From Ancylonema sp. (lineage: Eukaryota), in the NCBI GenBank assembly GCA_050230475.1, contig JBFLGF010000218.1, positions 1 through 64,000 on the forward strand: DNA of 64,000 bases, written 5' to 3'. The notes under the pieces were generated by a model, which was not told the DNA's origin, searched no databases, and saw only the letters and a list, made by a program, of their open reading frames with translations. Positions 25,393 to 38,974 of the stretch are shown here, piece after piece. Position 1 is the stretch's first letter. Each line of letters opens with the position of its first letter. Both the position numbers and the translations under genes were made by a program.

Positions 25393-27408
25393 TAAGGATG
25401 GGGGGGGAAGGAAACACAAAAATAGTAGTAATAAATGATTTCACGTCACATTTGGTGCTACAGAATTCACCCCGGACGCGTCCGGAGATCCCCGGACGCG
25501 TTTGTACCCAAAAAGACCCATTAAAAAACTGAATTATGTTTGTATAAAGTCACACAACGGTGGGGGCTCCCATGGCATGATGTTTACTACAGATTTGCAA
25601 AAAATGTTGTTTTCGACAGGATATCAAAACATGAGGAGATTGATTGTATTACTTTACAGACTTCAAAATGTTTCATGCACACACACATGCACGTTCTTTT
25701 TTTACGACACTACAATCGACCACGAATACAGACACATCGAATCCATCGTTTTATTCGACTTCATTGCACACTCATAGTTTGGAAACTTGTATTGTCCTCA
25801 TGTAACATCGGAAACCCTAGGAACTTCCGATTATTAGGATCCTCGCTACAGTCACTAGGGCTCCCTGGCGAGGTCCCTAAACTTAGCGCTAGAGCGCTAC
25901 TAGCCCAATTTTCCCTATAGCAAGTTTTCCCCCTCTATAGTGAGACTTGTGTCCCTAGCGGCCGCCTGGCCCCAAGGGAGTATTCTGATGTGTCTTTAGC
26001 TCATGCATTTCTGCCTTTAGCCAGACTAAATATGTAATTAGTATATTCAGAGTGAGTTATTCTACATTGTTCCTAGAGTCGGCTAGGGCCGACTTTCCTA
26101 TATCTAGCCGATAGGAATGCCTCTAGAGCATTCCTATCAACTCATGTACTTGCACCTTTGTTGTGCCTACCATACAATCAAACCATCATCCATCGGCTCA
26201 TTCGCCATCCTATCCATTGGCTCATTTCGCCATTCTATTGTGCACTTGCAACATAGTTTGCTAGGGGCTCATTGCATTCCGCCCCTAACACCTACGGTAC
26301 CTTCATTCTGACAACATATTCAAGTTTTTTAAATTTCAAGTTGATATTCTCAAGCTGATTATCTCAACGATAGAGTAGTTAGAGTGTCCATAATGTAGTG
26401 AATGTCATTTTTTTACGTTAAGATTTATTTTCAAGTATTTACTTGCAATTGCGACGAGGTTGAAGTTTTTGGGGCATATGGTACGGTATGCAATGCGTAC
26501 ACAATTTACGAAACAAGTAAGGCATGCACAACAAGCACGAATAAGTTACGCAATGATTTCGACATTTTATTACTTGTGCGTCCAAAAAACTTCATCTCTC
26601 GGTGAACCATCGATGTATGTGAATATTTACTTCTAGCTTCCTTTGAGCCTTTTTACACTTCAAGACCACCTTCACTTTTTAATCATAATTGAATAGACAC
26701 TGCGCAAGGTACAATCGCAATTTACAAGTTACTACGCCGTTAACCAAAAAACATATTTTCACTCAACACACTTGTGTTGGTACTCTTATTATCAAATTCG
26801 ATTTGTTAAATGAAGGAAAATACATACCGTACTAGGCACCCTAAATGATTTATGTTTTTCCAAAATTAATTATTTTCGTAATGATTTTTCAAAACGATAT
26901 CGGGATTCGTTAGTTATTATCGATGATTTCTGGTAATGATTCCATGAATCTGTTAGTTATGATCGATGATTTTGGGGATGATTCCGGATTTTAGGAATAA
27001 AAAGCGTAAAAGATTTCCTTGTTTAGGAATTAAAAATCAAATGATTTGGCTGTATCTGGATCATTCTTACATATTTACCGTATATTTTGACGTCACAAGT
27101 GCACGTGGCAAGCACTCGTACTAGTCGCGATATCTTGACCGGCCACAATTTTGTCGTTATCGTTGGTCTTACTTTGTCGTGTAGCGGGTCTACTCGGTAA
27201 CATTTCCCATATCGTGGGACTTTGGGGCTCAGGACGTAGTTTGTGACGTCGTTAATATTGCTCGTCCAAAAATTTGTCCTTTTGCACGTGCCTACTTTGT
27301 CGTGTACCCCGTTTCATATCACATCTATAGTCACATCCAGGTGACCCCGAATTTCCCGTAAATGATTCCCTAAACGGGTATGACTAATAATTTTGAGTAT
27401 TTTTCTTC

Positions 27409-28146
27409 CATAGTTGCACCCATACGGCAAAAAAAACAACATACGCCGTATGCCATATTTTTTCCAGCCATACGTGGCGCGTCCATTCGGCTACATACGT
27501 TCGGGCTAAATTTACATATTGAAAATTTCATTTCAAAGATATGGTTATTTTCAAACTAATTAAACCGTAACCGTACGTGGCACATCTAAGCTATGCACCT
27601 ACATTAAAAGTGTGGGTGTAGGTGTATGTCTACAAGCCGGCGGCCAACTATGTCCATCCCGTTGGCATTTTCGTAGAAGTAACTACGCCACATGCTATTC
27701 GTATGGGGTTTGGTTAGATACTTGGCGAGTATAGGTATTTTACTTCGTATTTATTGTTGAGCAAAATTGGCATATTTCCTTGTCAAAGCAAGCATGAAAG
27801 ATTAGGATAGAAAAAATGGAATGAAGAAGATAGAAATTGAATGAAAAGAAGGCGACGTTTGATATACGAAAATGTATTTCTCATAAATGCTCAAAATCTT
27901 GACGATATTAAAAAATAGTTAATCACTTTCAAATGTAATGGATAGATATAGATGACAATGAAAACGTAAAAAATGTGACGCATTATAATTTTTGGAGCGG
28001 AAAATGTGTGCTCAAAAATTCCAATACAGACCTTATAACTTTTCAAAAAAAAAAAACCAGTCGTACGGAAAACTACATACGGCAAGGATCATGTCCGTAT
28101 GCAAACGGTTGTATGCAAACGGCAACAACGTATTGGTGCAACTAAG
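27409..28146. mobile_element. hAT-like MITE (CATAGTTGCACC TIR family)
   Basis: catagttgcacccatacg / cgtattggtgcaactaag inverted ends. The right arm is homologous to 60645-60800. TSD weak (5/8). Confidence 0.7.
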
Positions 28147-28383
28147 CCTTTTTCTACCATTTAGTAATCATTTTAAATGATTACTTTCGGGTTTCAATAA
28201 TCAATTAAAATTCATTTACGGTGCCCAATACGGTACCTTCCTTTGCACCAAGTGCAAACCAATATTTGTTTCCCCCCATCCATTTTCACTTATGATTGAC
28301 ACCCCCGATCCAAATTGGCGCCGGACCAGAGTTTCCTCGGATTGGGCCCAACCAGGGTTCTCACACGGTAATGACAAGTCATG

Positions 28384-28945
28384 CATTGGGACGGGGCCCG
28401 TAGTCCGTACGGCACGTTTTCCGTACGGGGCCGAGAGCAATCTGCAAAGGTCCCTGGCAAATGCAAATGTCGTACGGATTTGCTCGCAAACGTCCGGAAT
28501 ACGTCCGTGAAATGCAGCAAACGTGTACGGATTGTACGGATGCAAACGTTTGCGATTGCAAACGTTTGAAATACGTGCGTGAAATGCGGCAAACGTGTAC
28601 GGATTGTACGGATGCAAACGTTTGCGATCGCAAACGTTTGCGGGTACTTTTTTTCCCCTTACTTTTTGAAAGTTTCACAAAATATTGGTTACGTTTTAAT
28701 GGTAAACGTCATGAACCAAGGATGACGAGTGTTACAAATTTTCGTACTTCAGTTACCTGAAGTGTACACGTAAACTAAAAAAATGCGCTACGGACGTTTG
28801 CAAAACGATTGCAAATTCGAACGTTTGCAAAACTTTTGCAAATGCAAACGTTTTGCAAACGCCGTTTGCAACTTTCGTTGTACGCACGTATTCCGTACGT
28901 ACGCGTTTGCAATACGGCGTTTGCATGCATTTTTGCCGTCCCGGT
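28384..28945. mobile_element. MITE-like element with internal 72-bp tandem duplication and AAACGTTTGC subrepeats
   Basis: Ends cattgggacgg / ccgtcccggtg; 72-bp unit repeated at ~28500-28640; many caaacgtttg motifs. Confidence 0.55.
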
Positions 28946-29307
28946 GCACCAGTGATAATGACGACGATTTGATGTATCGAGGACACTTGTTGGCAAACAT
29001 TGGATGATGTTCGAATGCTTGAACAAACATTTCGCAACAACAAGTGAAAACAACACCTCGGACGGAAATCAAAAATTTGTGTAGACCCGAAAACCGAAGG
29101 CGATAGCAAGGAGATTGGGATAGCCACAACTGGACAATATGCCAATATTGGATCACATTTAAAAGTAGGCAATACAGTCTATCGTGGACGCTGGTCCGCT
29201 GTAAGAGCACATTTAGATCTTAAGCACAAATCAGTGTCGTTTGGAAAACGCGTCCTTCAGTACGCACACAAATGAATGTAACTGCTAGTAGAAGTGATGG
29301 ATGAATC

Positions 29308-29506
29308 CATAGTTGGGCCCGATTCATCCCCATCCCAAATCCGGATTGGTGTAGGATCGGAATATTCCAATTGGATCGGTCCAACAAGAGAATAACAAAT
29401 CAGATTGGATCGAATTGGGGGGTTACGCCGCAAATGACCTTCTTCTTTTCCCCATCGATTCTCACCTAATGTTCGGCACCTCCGATCCGGATCAAGCCCA
29501 GCTGTG
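29308..29506. mobile_element. hAT-like MITE
   Basis: TIRs catagttgggc / gcccagctgtg. 8-bp TSD gatgaatc (29300-29307) / gatgaatt (29507-29514). Confidence 0.8.
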
Positions 29507-30278
29507 GATGAATTACATGTAATGACCAATACATCATTGAATGGTAATTCTTAGTCTACCGAATAACTACGTCACAGGTCACCGAGACTTGGAAAATAAT
29601 GTGTGGGCGTATTCATGACGCAAAAAAAATGAAGGACAGATGAACAAGTATCGGTCTTTATACATATGCACACTGTATCATGCATAAATTTTTGAACCAT
29701 CAAAATTACTACTTTAAAATCCGAGCTTAATATCAATGAATGAAGATAATAATTGACATATCGGATACAATCACAAACCCACAAAGAGATAGATACTTGT
29801 TGTTCTCAATGCGCTTAACCTTAACGCGAGGGATGGCTCAAAACATGACAAAACAATCATACAAAACAATCACATTGTTTCGACCACAATTTTACGATCC
29901 TAAGGGTTTAAACTAGAAAAACCACTGACACGCGAAACTATGAACACTAGTTACAAGTGGTAAAGGCATATGAACTAAATAACAAAAAAACCAAAAAAAA
30001 ACCAAAATCTATATTGAACAGAAGCACAATGTACCGAGTAAATTTAGAAAAAAAACAAAATCCCAACATCATGGCTATATTATCCCACAGTAGAACCACA
30101 AAAGTTTGGCTAAGGACCCTGTAAATTGAACATGACGGGGACATATGGAAATTACAATGTGGGTCACTTTGGGGATATACATTGTCGTACACAATCCCCC
30201 TAATCTACCCGCAATCGTGTAACTATGCACGACCAGCTATGTTAGAACCATAATGTCTAGAATGTTATCTTCCACCTC

Positions 30279-32620
30279 CTACAGTGGTTTGGCAAGTGGA
30301 GGAAGATCAAACAGGTTGGGCAGATGCGAATTCGTCAACTTTGTCCTTGCATTGATTCGTGGCTTCTTCGCTTTCGGACGGTCCAGTTGTTGCGACAAAC
30401 TTGCTCCCATTATTATTTTTTGAGCCATGCTTGTTGTTGGTATAATTCCTGCTTTTAGCAACTCCTTCTCAATCGACCCCATGTCTAATGGAATCTCTAT
30501 GCCTCGTACCTGAAAGACCCCCTCCACAATGACTAAGTCCATAGTCCAACAAGGAGACGCATGGACCACTGATACATGGAGGGAATAATCCATCCTCGAG
30601 TGATGGGGAAAGGCAGGTGAGACACAAAGAGTCACTCAAACAAACATGGACCGACGCCAAGGACCAAACGGACACTAACCGGTCAATCCAAATCCGCCTA
30701 TTAGATGCTGCTATGCATATGTAGTGACCAGAAATGCTGCGTGACGCCGGGTTCAGGGTTGGGGCGATAAAAACCCACCAGTGCCTTGATGTCCTCATCC
30801 ACACCAATCTTCACTTTGGGGTCGTTTGGATAAAGAATCTCTCGCTGCTGGTCCGTACTTTGCAGCATCCAGATGTCACCATTTTTTCGTAACTCCTGTG
30901 AACCCAGCAATGAGGTTACACCTCGCTGCGCGACCAGCCTTCCCTCCTACCTCAAATATAAGATATTTTCCGAGGTATACCTGTACGTGGACGCGCACAT
31001 CCGGGTACCCATCCTCAAGTTCAGCGAATGAGATGCCATCTTTGAAGGTCCGAATTCGACGCAGCAGCTCTTCCTTGGTGCTCACATTGTGTGTAGCCTA
31101 TGGTGCGAGAAAGAAGGTTATGAGGATAAAGAAACGAGCAGCCTGATCTGCATGCTGCTTTCTGCATTCTGATTGCACAAGATTTTATGCTGCATAGGAA
31201 AGTGCAAATGGCACACGCACACCGTCTTTGATACAAATTACGGCGTCACTGACTGCTCCTTCAGCTGCTGAAGACTCCGTCGACCTTAGCATGTGTGCAG
31301 GAAGGCCAGATTATGCTGATGATGGCTTGACAGAGCAGGTTGACTCCTTGTCACAGGGATGACAGGTAGCCATTGAAACCTTCCGATCCACACAGCATGT
31401 GCGTTTGCAGCCCGTAAAAATGGCATATCTACCACAATGGCTCTGGATGAAACGGTGAAGCAATAGCCAAGCAGAAATACTCTACTCTACTCTACTCTAA
31501 ACACAATATTTACACCGAACGATATCTGCAAGGTTTACGACTGTGTGGACTGTTTACGAAATGCGCTCCAGAGGGCTACGCAGTCGGATCCAAAAATGCT
31601 ATGGCACATGCAGATCTCTGTATATGATACATATACCGATATATGTGCTACAAAAAACTGATAGGTTGGAGTATTACTATCGTCAGGGAGGCGAGTTACA
31701 GCACCACGTCTTTCATCTGGCTCACCTGGTATGAGTACCGATCAGCCTCAAAGTTGATTTTTACATTGCTTCGCAGATTCTCTTGGACCTCTTTGTTGGT
31801 ACTGACGTCGACGAAAGTGGCAGCCTCGATTTCCGTTGCAGTGTATGCTGTTCTTTTCTGCGCATGAAAAGAGGCATCTTATGAGAATTAGTTTGTATAT
31901 CTCAGAACCACATTCACGTGTATTCATGTTGCATCATGACAGATTTTCTATTTACAACTTGCCCACAAGTTGACACTACAAGAGGGCCCTAAGAACCTAT
32001 GTGCACACAGGCATGCCTGTAAGGCCTTGTACATTGAAGAGCTCCTGGATCCCCATTTTTTGCCTTCACTTATGCTAACATGGTCATGTGGTCATGCAGG
32101 TGCTGTAAGTTCGCAACTGTATGACTGAAAGATATGGTCATCCTAGGGCGGGCGTTACTTGTCAAACACATTCGTCGCGTGTAAGCAATGAGAAGGAAGA
32201 CTTTGCACCCCCATACCCAAACATGGTTTCTTTGCACGCACAGCTTCACCGCACAGGCACAAGATACGATATTGACTTGGATTGCTTTCTTCTTTCAGCT
32301 GATATTCCGTACCAACGAGTTCACTATAAGAACTTCAAAACTTATTGCGCGACATTACCGACCTCTCTGAGGAATGCAATAACTTTTTTCAGTTTTGCAC
32401 CCAGCGGCAGCTTCTGAACGTCAAGGATCGCCTGTAATGTGTCCTTATTGTTCAGCCAATTTTTCATTTCTGAAGGTTTTGGGAGAGGAGGCTTCTCATC
32501 TATAATTTTCTCTTTTCGCGCAACTTTATTTCGCGCAGCTGCATCGCTGATATTGCGAGCCTGCACCTTCTCCTGGCGCTGAAGAAATTCAGCACGTTTG
32601 GCGGTGAGGGAGCTTGACAT
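30279..32620 (-). CDS. GTF2E2: General transcription factor IIE subunit beta, 5 exons, ~284 aa
   Basis: Exons 32620-32363, 31857-31726, 31097-30981, 30895-30779 and 30509-30279, all GT-AG, phase 0. Plant-like motifs GAKLKKVIAFL, LRSNVKINF..DRYSY, ELEDGYPDV, ILYPNDP..DEDIKAL, IEKELLKAG, KLTNSHLP.LF. Confidence 0.93.
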
Positions 32621-33759
32621 AGTGAAACCTACTTTCCGCGACACTCTTACTCAACAACCTCTGAGATATCACTCAGCAGCCTCCTACGCCGATGATATCG
32701 AAACCAAGAGAGACCCCACCATTTGAAGCAACTTTTGCATGTGGTCTTAGTTGCATAGATGGGTCTTTGAAGTGCGCGTTTCGCTCGTGTTTCGCGCGCG
32801 CGCGCTCGTGCAAGCGCGCCGCCCGCGCGCGCAAATCTCGCGCGCGGCGCTGACCCATAGGCGTTAAAATAATATTATTATTACCCGGGGGGGGGGGGGG
32901 TACTTCCTACACCCCAGGGTTGCCGGGATGTTTCCAAATTCATGAAATGTGTTTGGTGAACCGGTTACAACGTGGCAGTAATCAATTGAGGGCCTAAGAC
33001 GTTATATCGAACTACTTACAGTGCAAAATTACAGTGCAAAATGGCTTCGTCAAATTTCAGTCGATTACAGAAATTGTCCCGGTGCGGCACGCGCGCACGC
33101 CGCACGCGCGCGCTTACGCACGCGCGCGGCACGCGTGCGAAAGTCTTGCGCGTGGTGCTGACCCATCTATGCTTAGTTGGCTCCGCCCGGGGCGAATATT
33201 TTTCAGACCGGGGCACAGCTTGGGCGGAATCCCGGGCGAAAAAAAACGGGGCGAGACGGCGCAGTCTCTCCCATGAAAAATGAGAGAGACTACGGGCACC
33301 CCCCTGCCAACGCGCCGAAAAATAATTACCATTTTGCCTGGCGCACACGTTTTTGGCGCGTACTACATAAATTATTTTGACCACGCTGGCGCACCCTTTT
33401 GTCGCAAATAAATAATTAAAATCGACGAAAATTTGGCGCAACCATATAATTTAGCGAATATTCTGATCTCCCATCGAAAATCAAATTTCAATAATTTATA
33501 TGTCGAGAGGTGCTTGTAACGAAGCACCTCTCGCTCCACGCCCCCGGGTTTCGAGCTGCGGAACCCCGGGCTCGTGTACGGAAAGCGGTCTTTGGCCCAG
33601 TTGTTTGGAAGGTCGCTGGGATCGAGGAGCCCAGAACCCGATAGGTTGAAAGTTGAAAGCTGAAGGGTTGAAAGTTCCCGCATGTCCCTATATAACGGCG
33701 CAAGTTGGATTGGATCATATAACAAGATACGGTTAGACCGTAACACTAAGTTCTTTTCA

Positions 33760-33927
33760 GTTTGAGTTTTTTTGGGTTTTTTTTTTTTTTTTTTTTTTTT
33801 TTTCAAAATTTAAAAAAAAAACGGAATGAAAAAAAAAAAAAACAAGAAACAAAATGAAGTGTTTTTTTTTTTTAATTTTTTAATTTTTTAATATAGTGAA
33901 TTTTTTTGGGTTTTTTTGTTTTATATT

Positions 33928-33963
<36 letters not shown>

Positions 33964-34122
33964 CCTTTTTCCTTTTTCAAGACTTCATATTATTTTTTTT
34001 ATTTTATTTATATTTTTTTATTTTTTTTGGTTGTTTTTTTGTTTTTTTTTTTGGTGTTTAAAATTTTATATTTTTTGTAATATACATTGCATTGCAAGAA
34101 ATGTGTTTTTTTTTTTTTTTTT

Positions 34123-34173
<51 letters not shown>

Positions 34174-34257
34174 TTTTTTTTTTTTATTGTTAATTTATTT
34201 TGAAGGGTTTTTTTTTTGGGTTTTTTAATTTATTTTATTTTGAAGGGAATTCGAAAC

Positions 34258-34345
<88 letters not shown>

Positions 34346-34420
34346 TATTTTTTATTTTTTTTTTTTTTTTTTTTTTTTTCACTAGGTGTTTTTTTTTGTT
34401 TTGTTTTGTTTCTTGTTTAA
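33760..34420. repeat. Poly-T-dominated low-complexity tract
   Basis: Long T homopolymers; source of the poly-Phe ORFs. Confidence 0.95.
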
Positions 34421-35879
34421 AACTGTTTTTTATTTTCAGCCGGCTTTATTTGGTGTATTTTTTGTTGGGATCGTGTATTTGTATTTTTCGCGGTCTTTTC
34501 GTCAGTTTTGTTGTGAGATTCGACGTCAATTTGTTAATAGACATGTTTTTCTCGAGAACGACGGATATTTCCGCTTTGTCTGTACTTTCGATGTGAGTTA
34601 ACGGACGTGTCTAAAAGTGTGATGTATTTACGTCCGTTTGCACGTTTTGGAATAGACGTGACTTGTAACGGACCGGGCTTCCGAGCGGTCGCTAACGTAT
34701 ATGTTTAGTTTATTTGATGGTTTTTTTTGCTGGATCTCCTTTTTTTTTACTTCTTATTTAGTATGTCTTTGAAGGATTGCAGCGACAATAGCAGAAGCAG
34801 ACAGGCTCCCGACTATTCAGTTCAATGAACAACTTTTAGAGATGGTTCAGCAGTGATGCAATATTTAGAGGGCAGGGAGGATGTGAACGAACGCGTCGGA
34901 GATGATTTCGGAATTGTTTTAATGAATAGTGGGGCAGCAGCAAGTTGCAGTTGTACAGAGCAATGAAAGGCAGGAAAAGGAAATGAAGAGGAAAGAGCGA
35001 GTGGCAGATTTGGAATTGAAATGGGAAGAATTACAACGGTATCGAAAGGAACACCGCATATTTCGTACTTCTGGTCGAAGTACGATCGGAGATCAAGAAA
35101 GGCGGATACAGGCGGCTTTGGCACAGGCTAAATCGTCAGTAGTAAACCAAGGGAGGCGGAAGTACGAAGGAGCGAGGATGAGGTCATTGTTCGTTCCATC
35201 TCGAGTGGAGAGGATCAATAGGAAGAGGAGAATGGATGGGATGCGGAGGATATGAAGAGGATGAATGACGAGAGCGATGAGGAATATGGCATGTATATCG
35301 ATGAATAGAAATTAACGAGAAAACGAGGAGGTTATACCGTTGTAAATCAATGGAGAAATTGTATGAAATGAATGTATTGTTTTTTAGTTTTGTTCAGAAT
35401 TGAGAGATGAGAACTAATAAGTTGGAGTGACTCAAAATTATTTGAAGTGTGCAGGATCTAAGATTTCATAGTCTATTTGTACGATGAAAGCTCTAAGGAA
35501 ACTTGTATTTTCGCATCTTCCCCCCCCCCCCCCATCTAATCGTCTATCATGTCTATGTTGTTTATGTCCTTTAATATCTTTCTGTATTCCGCCATTTTGT
35601 CTATGACTTCTTGTGGTATCCGTACTCTCTTGAGATGCTCCATCGCATTGATTTTGTCGTTTGGAATTTCCTACAAAAAGAATTTGAAAGGTTAGTTTTT
35701 TATTCAAGGAAAATTTGTTTGTTAACGATGTCTTGATGATAAATGAAGTCATAATTGTTGTTTTTTTTTTTTTTTTTAAAAATTAATAAATATAAAATGT
35801 TATTCTGCTTACCCCGCATGCGTCCAGTTGTATGATCTTTAGACTCGGGACGATGAGTGGATTCACGTCCAAGTGTGGG

Positions 35880-37067
35880 CACTCCAATATGAACAAGGTC
35901 TCAATGTGTTTGAGGCTTGGCAACATCTCAGTTGGATCTTCAAGACTGTGAAGATCGCAGAGATGTAATTAGCGGAGATTTCGTATGTCAAGTTTACACT
36001 TTGTTATCATGTCGGCATTTCCGATGCCGAGTTTTCGAATACGTGAGCTTTCGATGATTAACGATTGTAGTTGTTGAGCAGCTACGATGTAGACGGATTG
36101 GAGTTTCGGACATTCTCTCAAGTTGATGGTGCTATTCAGTTGCTCCTCCGTTGCGTGGAATGGTGGACGGTAGTCCTGCACACGTTTTCATTCCCACATT
36201 TTCGTTATTTGTGGCATGCATAAATTTGAAACAATTTTAAACATATATAACAAAAGTTCCGTATCTTACCGATATTTTTTGTTCGGTCATAATTTCCACG
36301 TGTGTTGCTGTGAAAGCTTCCAATTTCGCGTTTTGTAGTTGAGGACATTTATTTGATGATCCATTTCTTGATTTTTCGCACGCCGAGTTCTAGTGATTCG
36401 AGTGATGATTTTGCAAATATTTGTGTTTTAAACAAGTAATTTCTAAATCGCTTTTGCTTTGTTAGACAATGGTCACTTACCACGTATTCGTCGATTGATA
36501 ATTTTTCGAGTTGTTCGTATACACCTCTGGTAAGTTGTACGCTCCAGTTATCGAGCGTTACCGACTTGAGGCTTGGACAGTAGAAATTTTTGTTGTCCAC
36601 GGGGTATTGGTTCGTGTTTCCCAATCCGATTCTTCCGCGCTCTTTCGATGTCATGATCAATGTTTCTAGTTTCGGAAGTTTGAGGGAGATTTTTGTTACG
36701 ATTATCTCATCTGTTATAATTTGTAAGCAAGAGATATACGCGGTCGAATACTACCGATGAGTCGAATCCGAAATGGTTGTGGTATATTATTTTCAGTGAT
36801 TTCACTTGTTCCATCCTTTGGGTTATATCTGTCCATGTTTCAAACATGCTATTGGTTGCCATGAACACTCTTGTGATATGGAAACTCCATTTTTCGATGT
36901 ATTGGTGTGTTTCTAGTATTTCTTTCAGCTGGTCCGTATTTACGATCAATTTTCTTGTTCCAGGCATGAAGTACTGATACTTCATGGTAATAACGGTTGT
37001 CTTTTTTTTTACTTATTTCTAAAGATCCTATTCTCCATTCACTGAATCTCTTCGTTATTTTTTCCAT
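35880..37067 (-). pseudogene. Degenerate leucine-rich-repeat protein (F-box/FBD-LRR-like repeats), putative Helentron cargo
   Basis: Collinear broken ORFs with LPKLETLIM, CPSLKSVTLD, EQLEKLSID, SSLESLELG, CPQLQNAKLE, INLRECPKLQSVYI, QQLQSLIIES, LKHIETLFILECP. Confidence 0.6.
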
Positions 37068-38029
37068 TTGTGGGCCTCCATTGTCAGATTTCCTCTTTCA
37101 TTTACATCAACGAGTTCGAACATATATGATAGCAAGTCTTCGTTCTCGAAAAACTCATGTTGTGTTGGCTTTATCTTGTTATCTCTACTTGTTTTCTTCT
37201 CCATGTTTCCTGATTGTGCTATTGTTTGTGACTTATTTTTCGAGTTTGTGTTGGTTTTGTACTTTGTTATCTCGGGATTCCACGAGCACTCGTGTGTTTC
37301 CCGGTGCGTTTTCGCAACCGTTGATCACGATCTCGTTGTTGTCGTCGAGTTGTTGTAGTTGTATTTTTTTTAAATGGAAACGTCGATGTCATGTTTATTC
37401 TCTCATCTTGTTGAAAAATGTCGTTGGTTCCGTTTTATTACTTTGAAAACTCCGCATCGTATTTATCCGTCTGTCTTGAAATTAACGTTTCCTCATGTTT
37501 ATTTCTTTTGGTTCGAGTACTCCGATGTATGATTGTTTTTCTTTTTTAAATACTACTTTTTGTTTTCCGTGTTTTCCGATGAAATGTTTTTTTTTCTTGT
37601 TTTTTTTTTGTTATATAAATTATGTTGTATATATCAATGTTTTTGTTTGTATTCGTATGTTCCTTTTTATTTTCATTATTGTTTTGTTCATGTAGTGTTA
37701 TTTATTATCGACTATATACTCTATAGTCGTTTATGATACGTTTTGTCTTTGTATTCCTTTAAAATACGTTTTGATAATATGACACGACGATGTTTATCAG
37801 TTTGCTTTATGTTGATAATTCCGTGACTCTATTTTTCCAATTGTATTATGATACTCTAAATAGCGTGAGTTGTGGTTATTCTTGGTTCACGCTTTTTTCA
37901 AGCACCGTGTTTACACAAAGTGAATTGAGTGTGAGATACAAAATGATTTTTTCCCGGACATGATTAAACGCCTTGAGTTAAAGTGGTCATAAAATCGAAG
38001 GCATTCGCATGTGGTAATACCGGAGTGAA

Positions 38030-38428
38030 ATGTGTTATGTGGAGCTGACTTTTATTGACGGTGTTTGGTTTCAGAAGTTGAAGTCTGGTTCAGTTTTTTT
38101 TTATCGATTAGCTTCGTCGGATACCGTGAAAATATGGAAAAAAAAGTGGCAAACATTCAAGATCAAGATTCCTTCACTGGATCTTCTATCGGATGAGACG
38201 CGAAAGTTCAGAGAAGAAAAGGTTGAACGCTTGAGCGATTTGTGGGAGATGACGAAAGAGTTTGATTTCCAATTTTCGAAAGAGAGGCGATTTTACTCTT
38301 TCATTCGTGAAAGATCTGAAACGGCTTTTGAAGAAGAGCTTAGAGCGTTGCATGATCGACGGAGGCGTTTGGTCGAAAGACATTATTCGAAAATTATTTT
38401 CCCTGCGTTTGAGGTTCATTCATTTTAG
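38030..38428 (+). CDS. Hypothetical 132-aa ORF within the putative Helentron cargo region
   Basis: ATG-to-stop ORF with protein-like charged/helical composition in AT-rich DNA; no recognisable motif. Confidence 0.3.
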   Translation: MCYVELTFIDGVWFQKLKSGSVFFYRLASSDTVKIWKKKWQTFKIKIPSLDLLSDETRKFREEKVERLSDLWEMTKEFDFQFSKERRFYSFIRERSETAFEEELRALHDRRRRLVERHYSKIIFPAFEVHSF

Positions 38429-38937
38429 ATTCTATGATAGTTTGTGTTCAATTGGTTTGTTTGAATGTGAGTTTTCCAAAAATTGTTGTATGATATGATG
38501 AAGTCACGATAGGAAGTTTTTCAAATTGTTGTGACATAAAAAAATACGTCACATTTATTGATTCTAATTGTCGTAGTTTTACAATGTATCTGAGTTCTTT
38601 TGCTATGTCGTTTTGTTCCATCGTATTTGTCGTTTGAATCTAAGGATGTATACTCTTTCAGTCCTCTGGTCTTTTTGTTGCCATTCAATAACATTGTTGT
38701 CTTTTTGTTTTGATTCAATTATCGCATTTAGTGTGAACTATAATCCTCAATTAGCTTTCTGAATAATGCCAAATGCTTTCCTCGATATTCTGCTGATCTT
38801 GCACCAAGTGATCTACCTCTTGTGTGTTGCATGTGCTCATGGAAGAAGTAGAACTTTTTATCCCTGGAAAAAATAAACATTCCGCTTGAGTCGTATGATC
38901 GAGACGTAATATGAAATGATATGATATGTATTCAATA

Positions 38938-38974
<37 letters not shown>

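Noticed and set aside
28325..28338. 14-nt match (GAGGAAACTCTGGT, minus strand) to a remembered LSU rRNA motif
   Set aside because: Too short and does not extend; probably chance.
28500..28640. Regularly spaced repeats as a CRISPR-like array
   Set aside because: Simple 72-bp tandem duplication without unique spacers, in a eukaryotic context with no cas genes.
33896..34601. Poly-Phe ORFs
   Set aside because: Translations of poly-T tracts.
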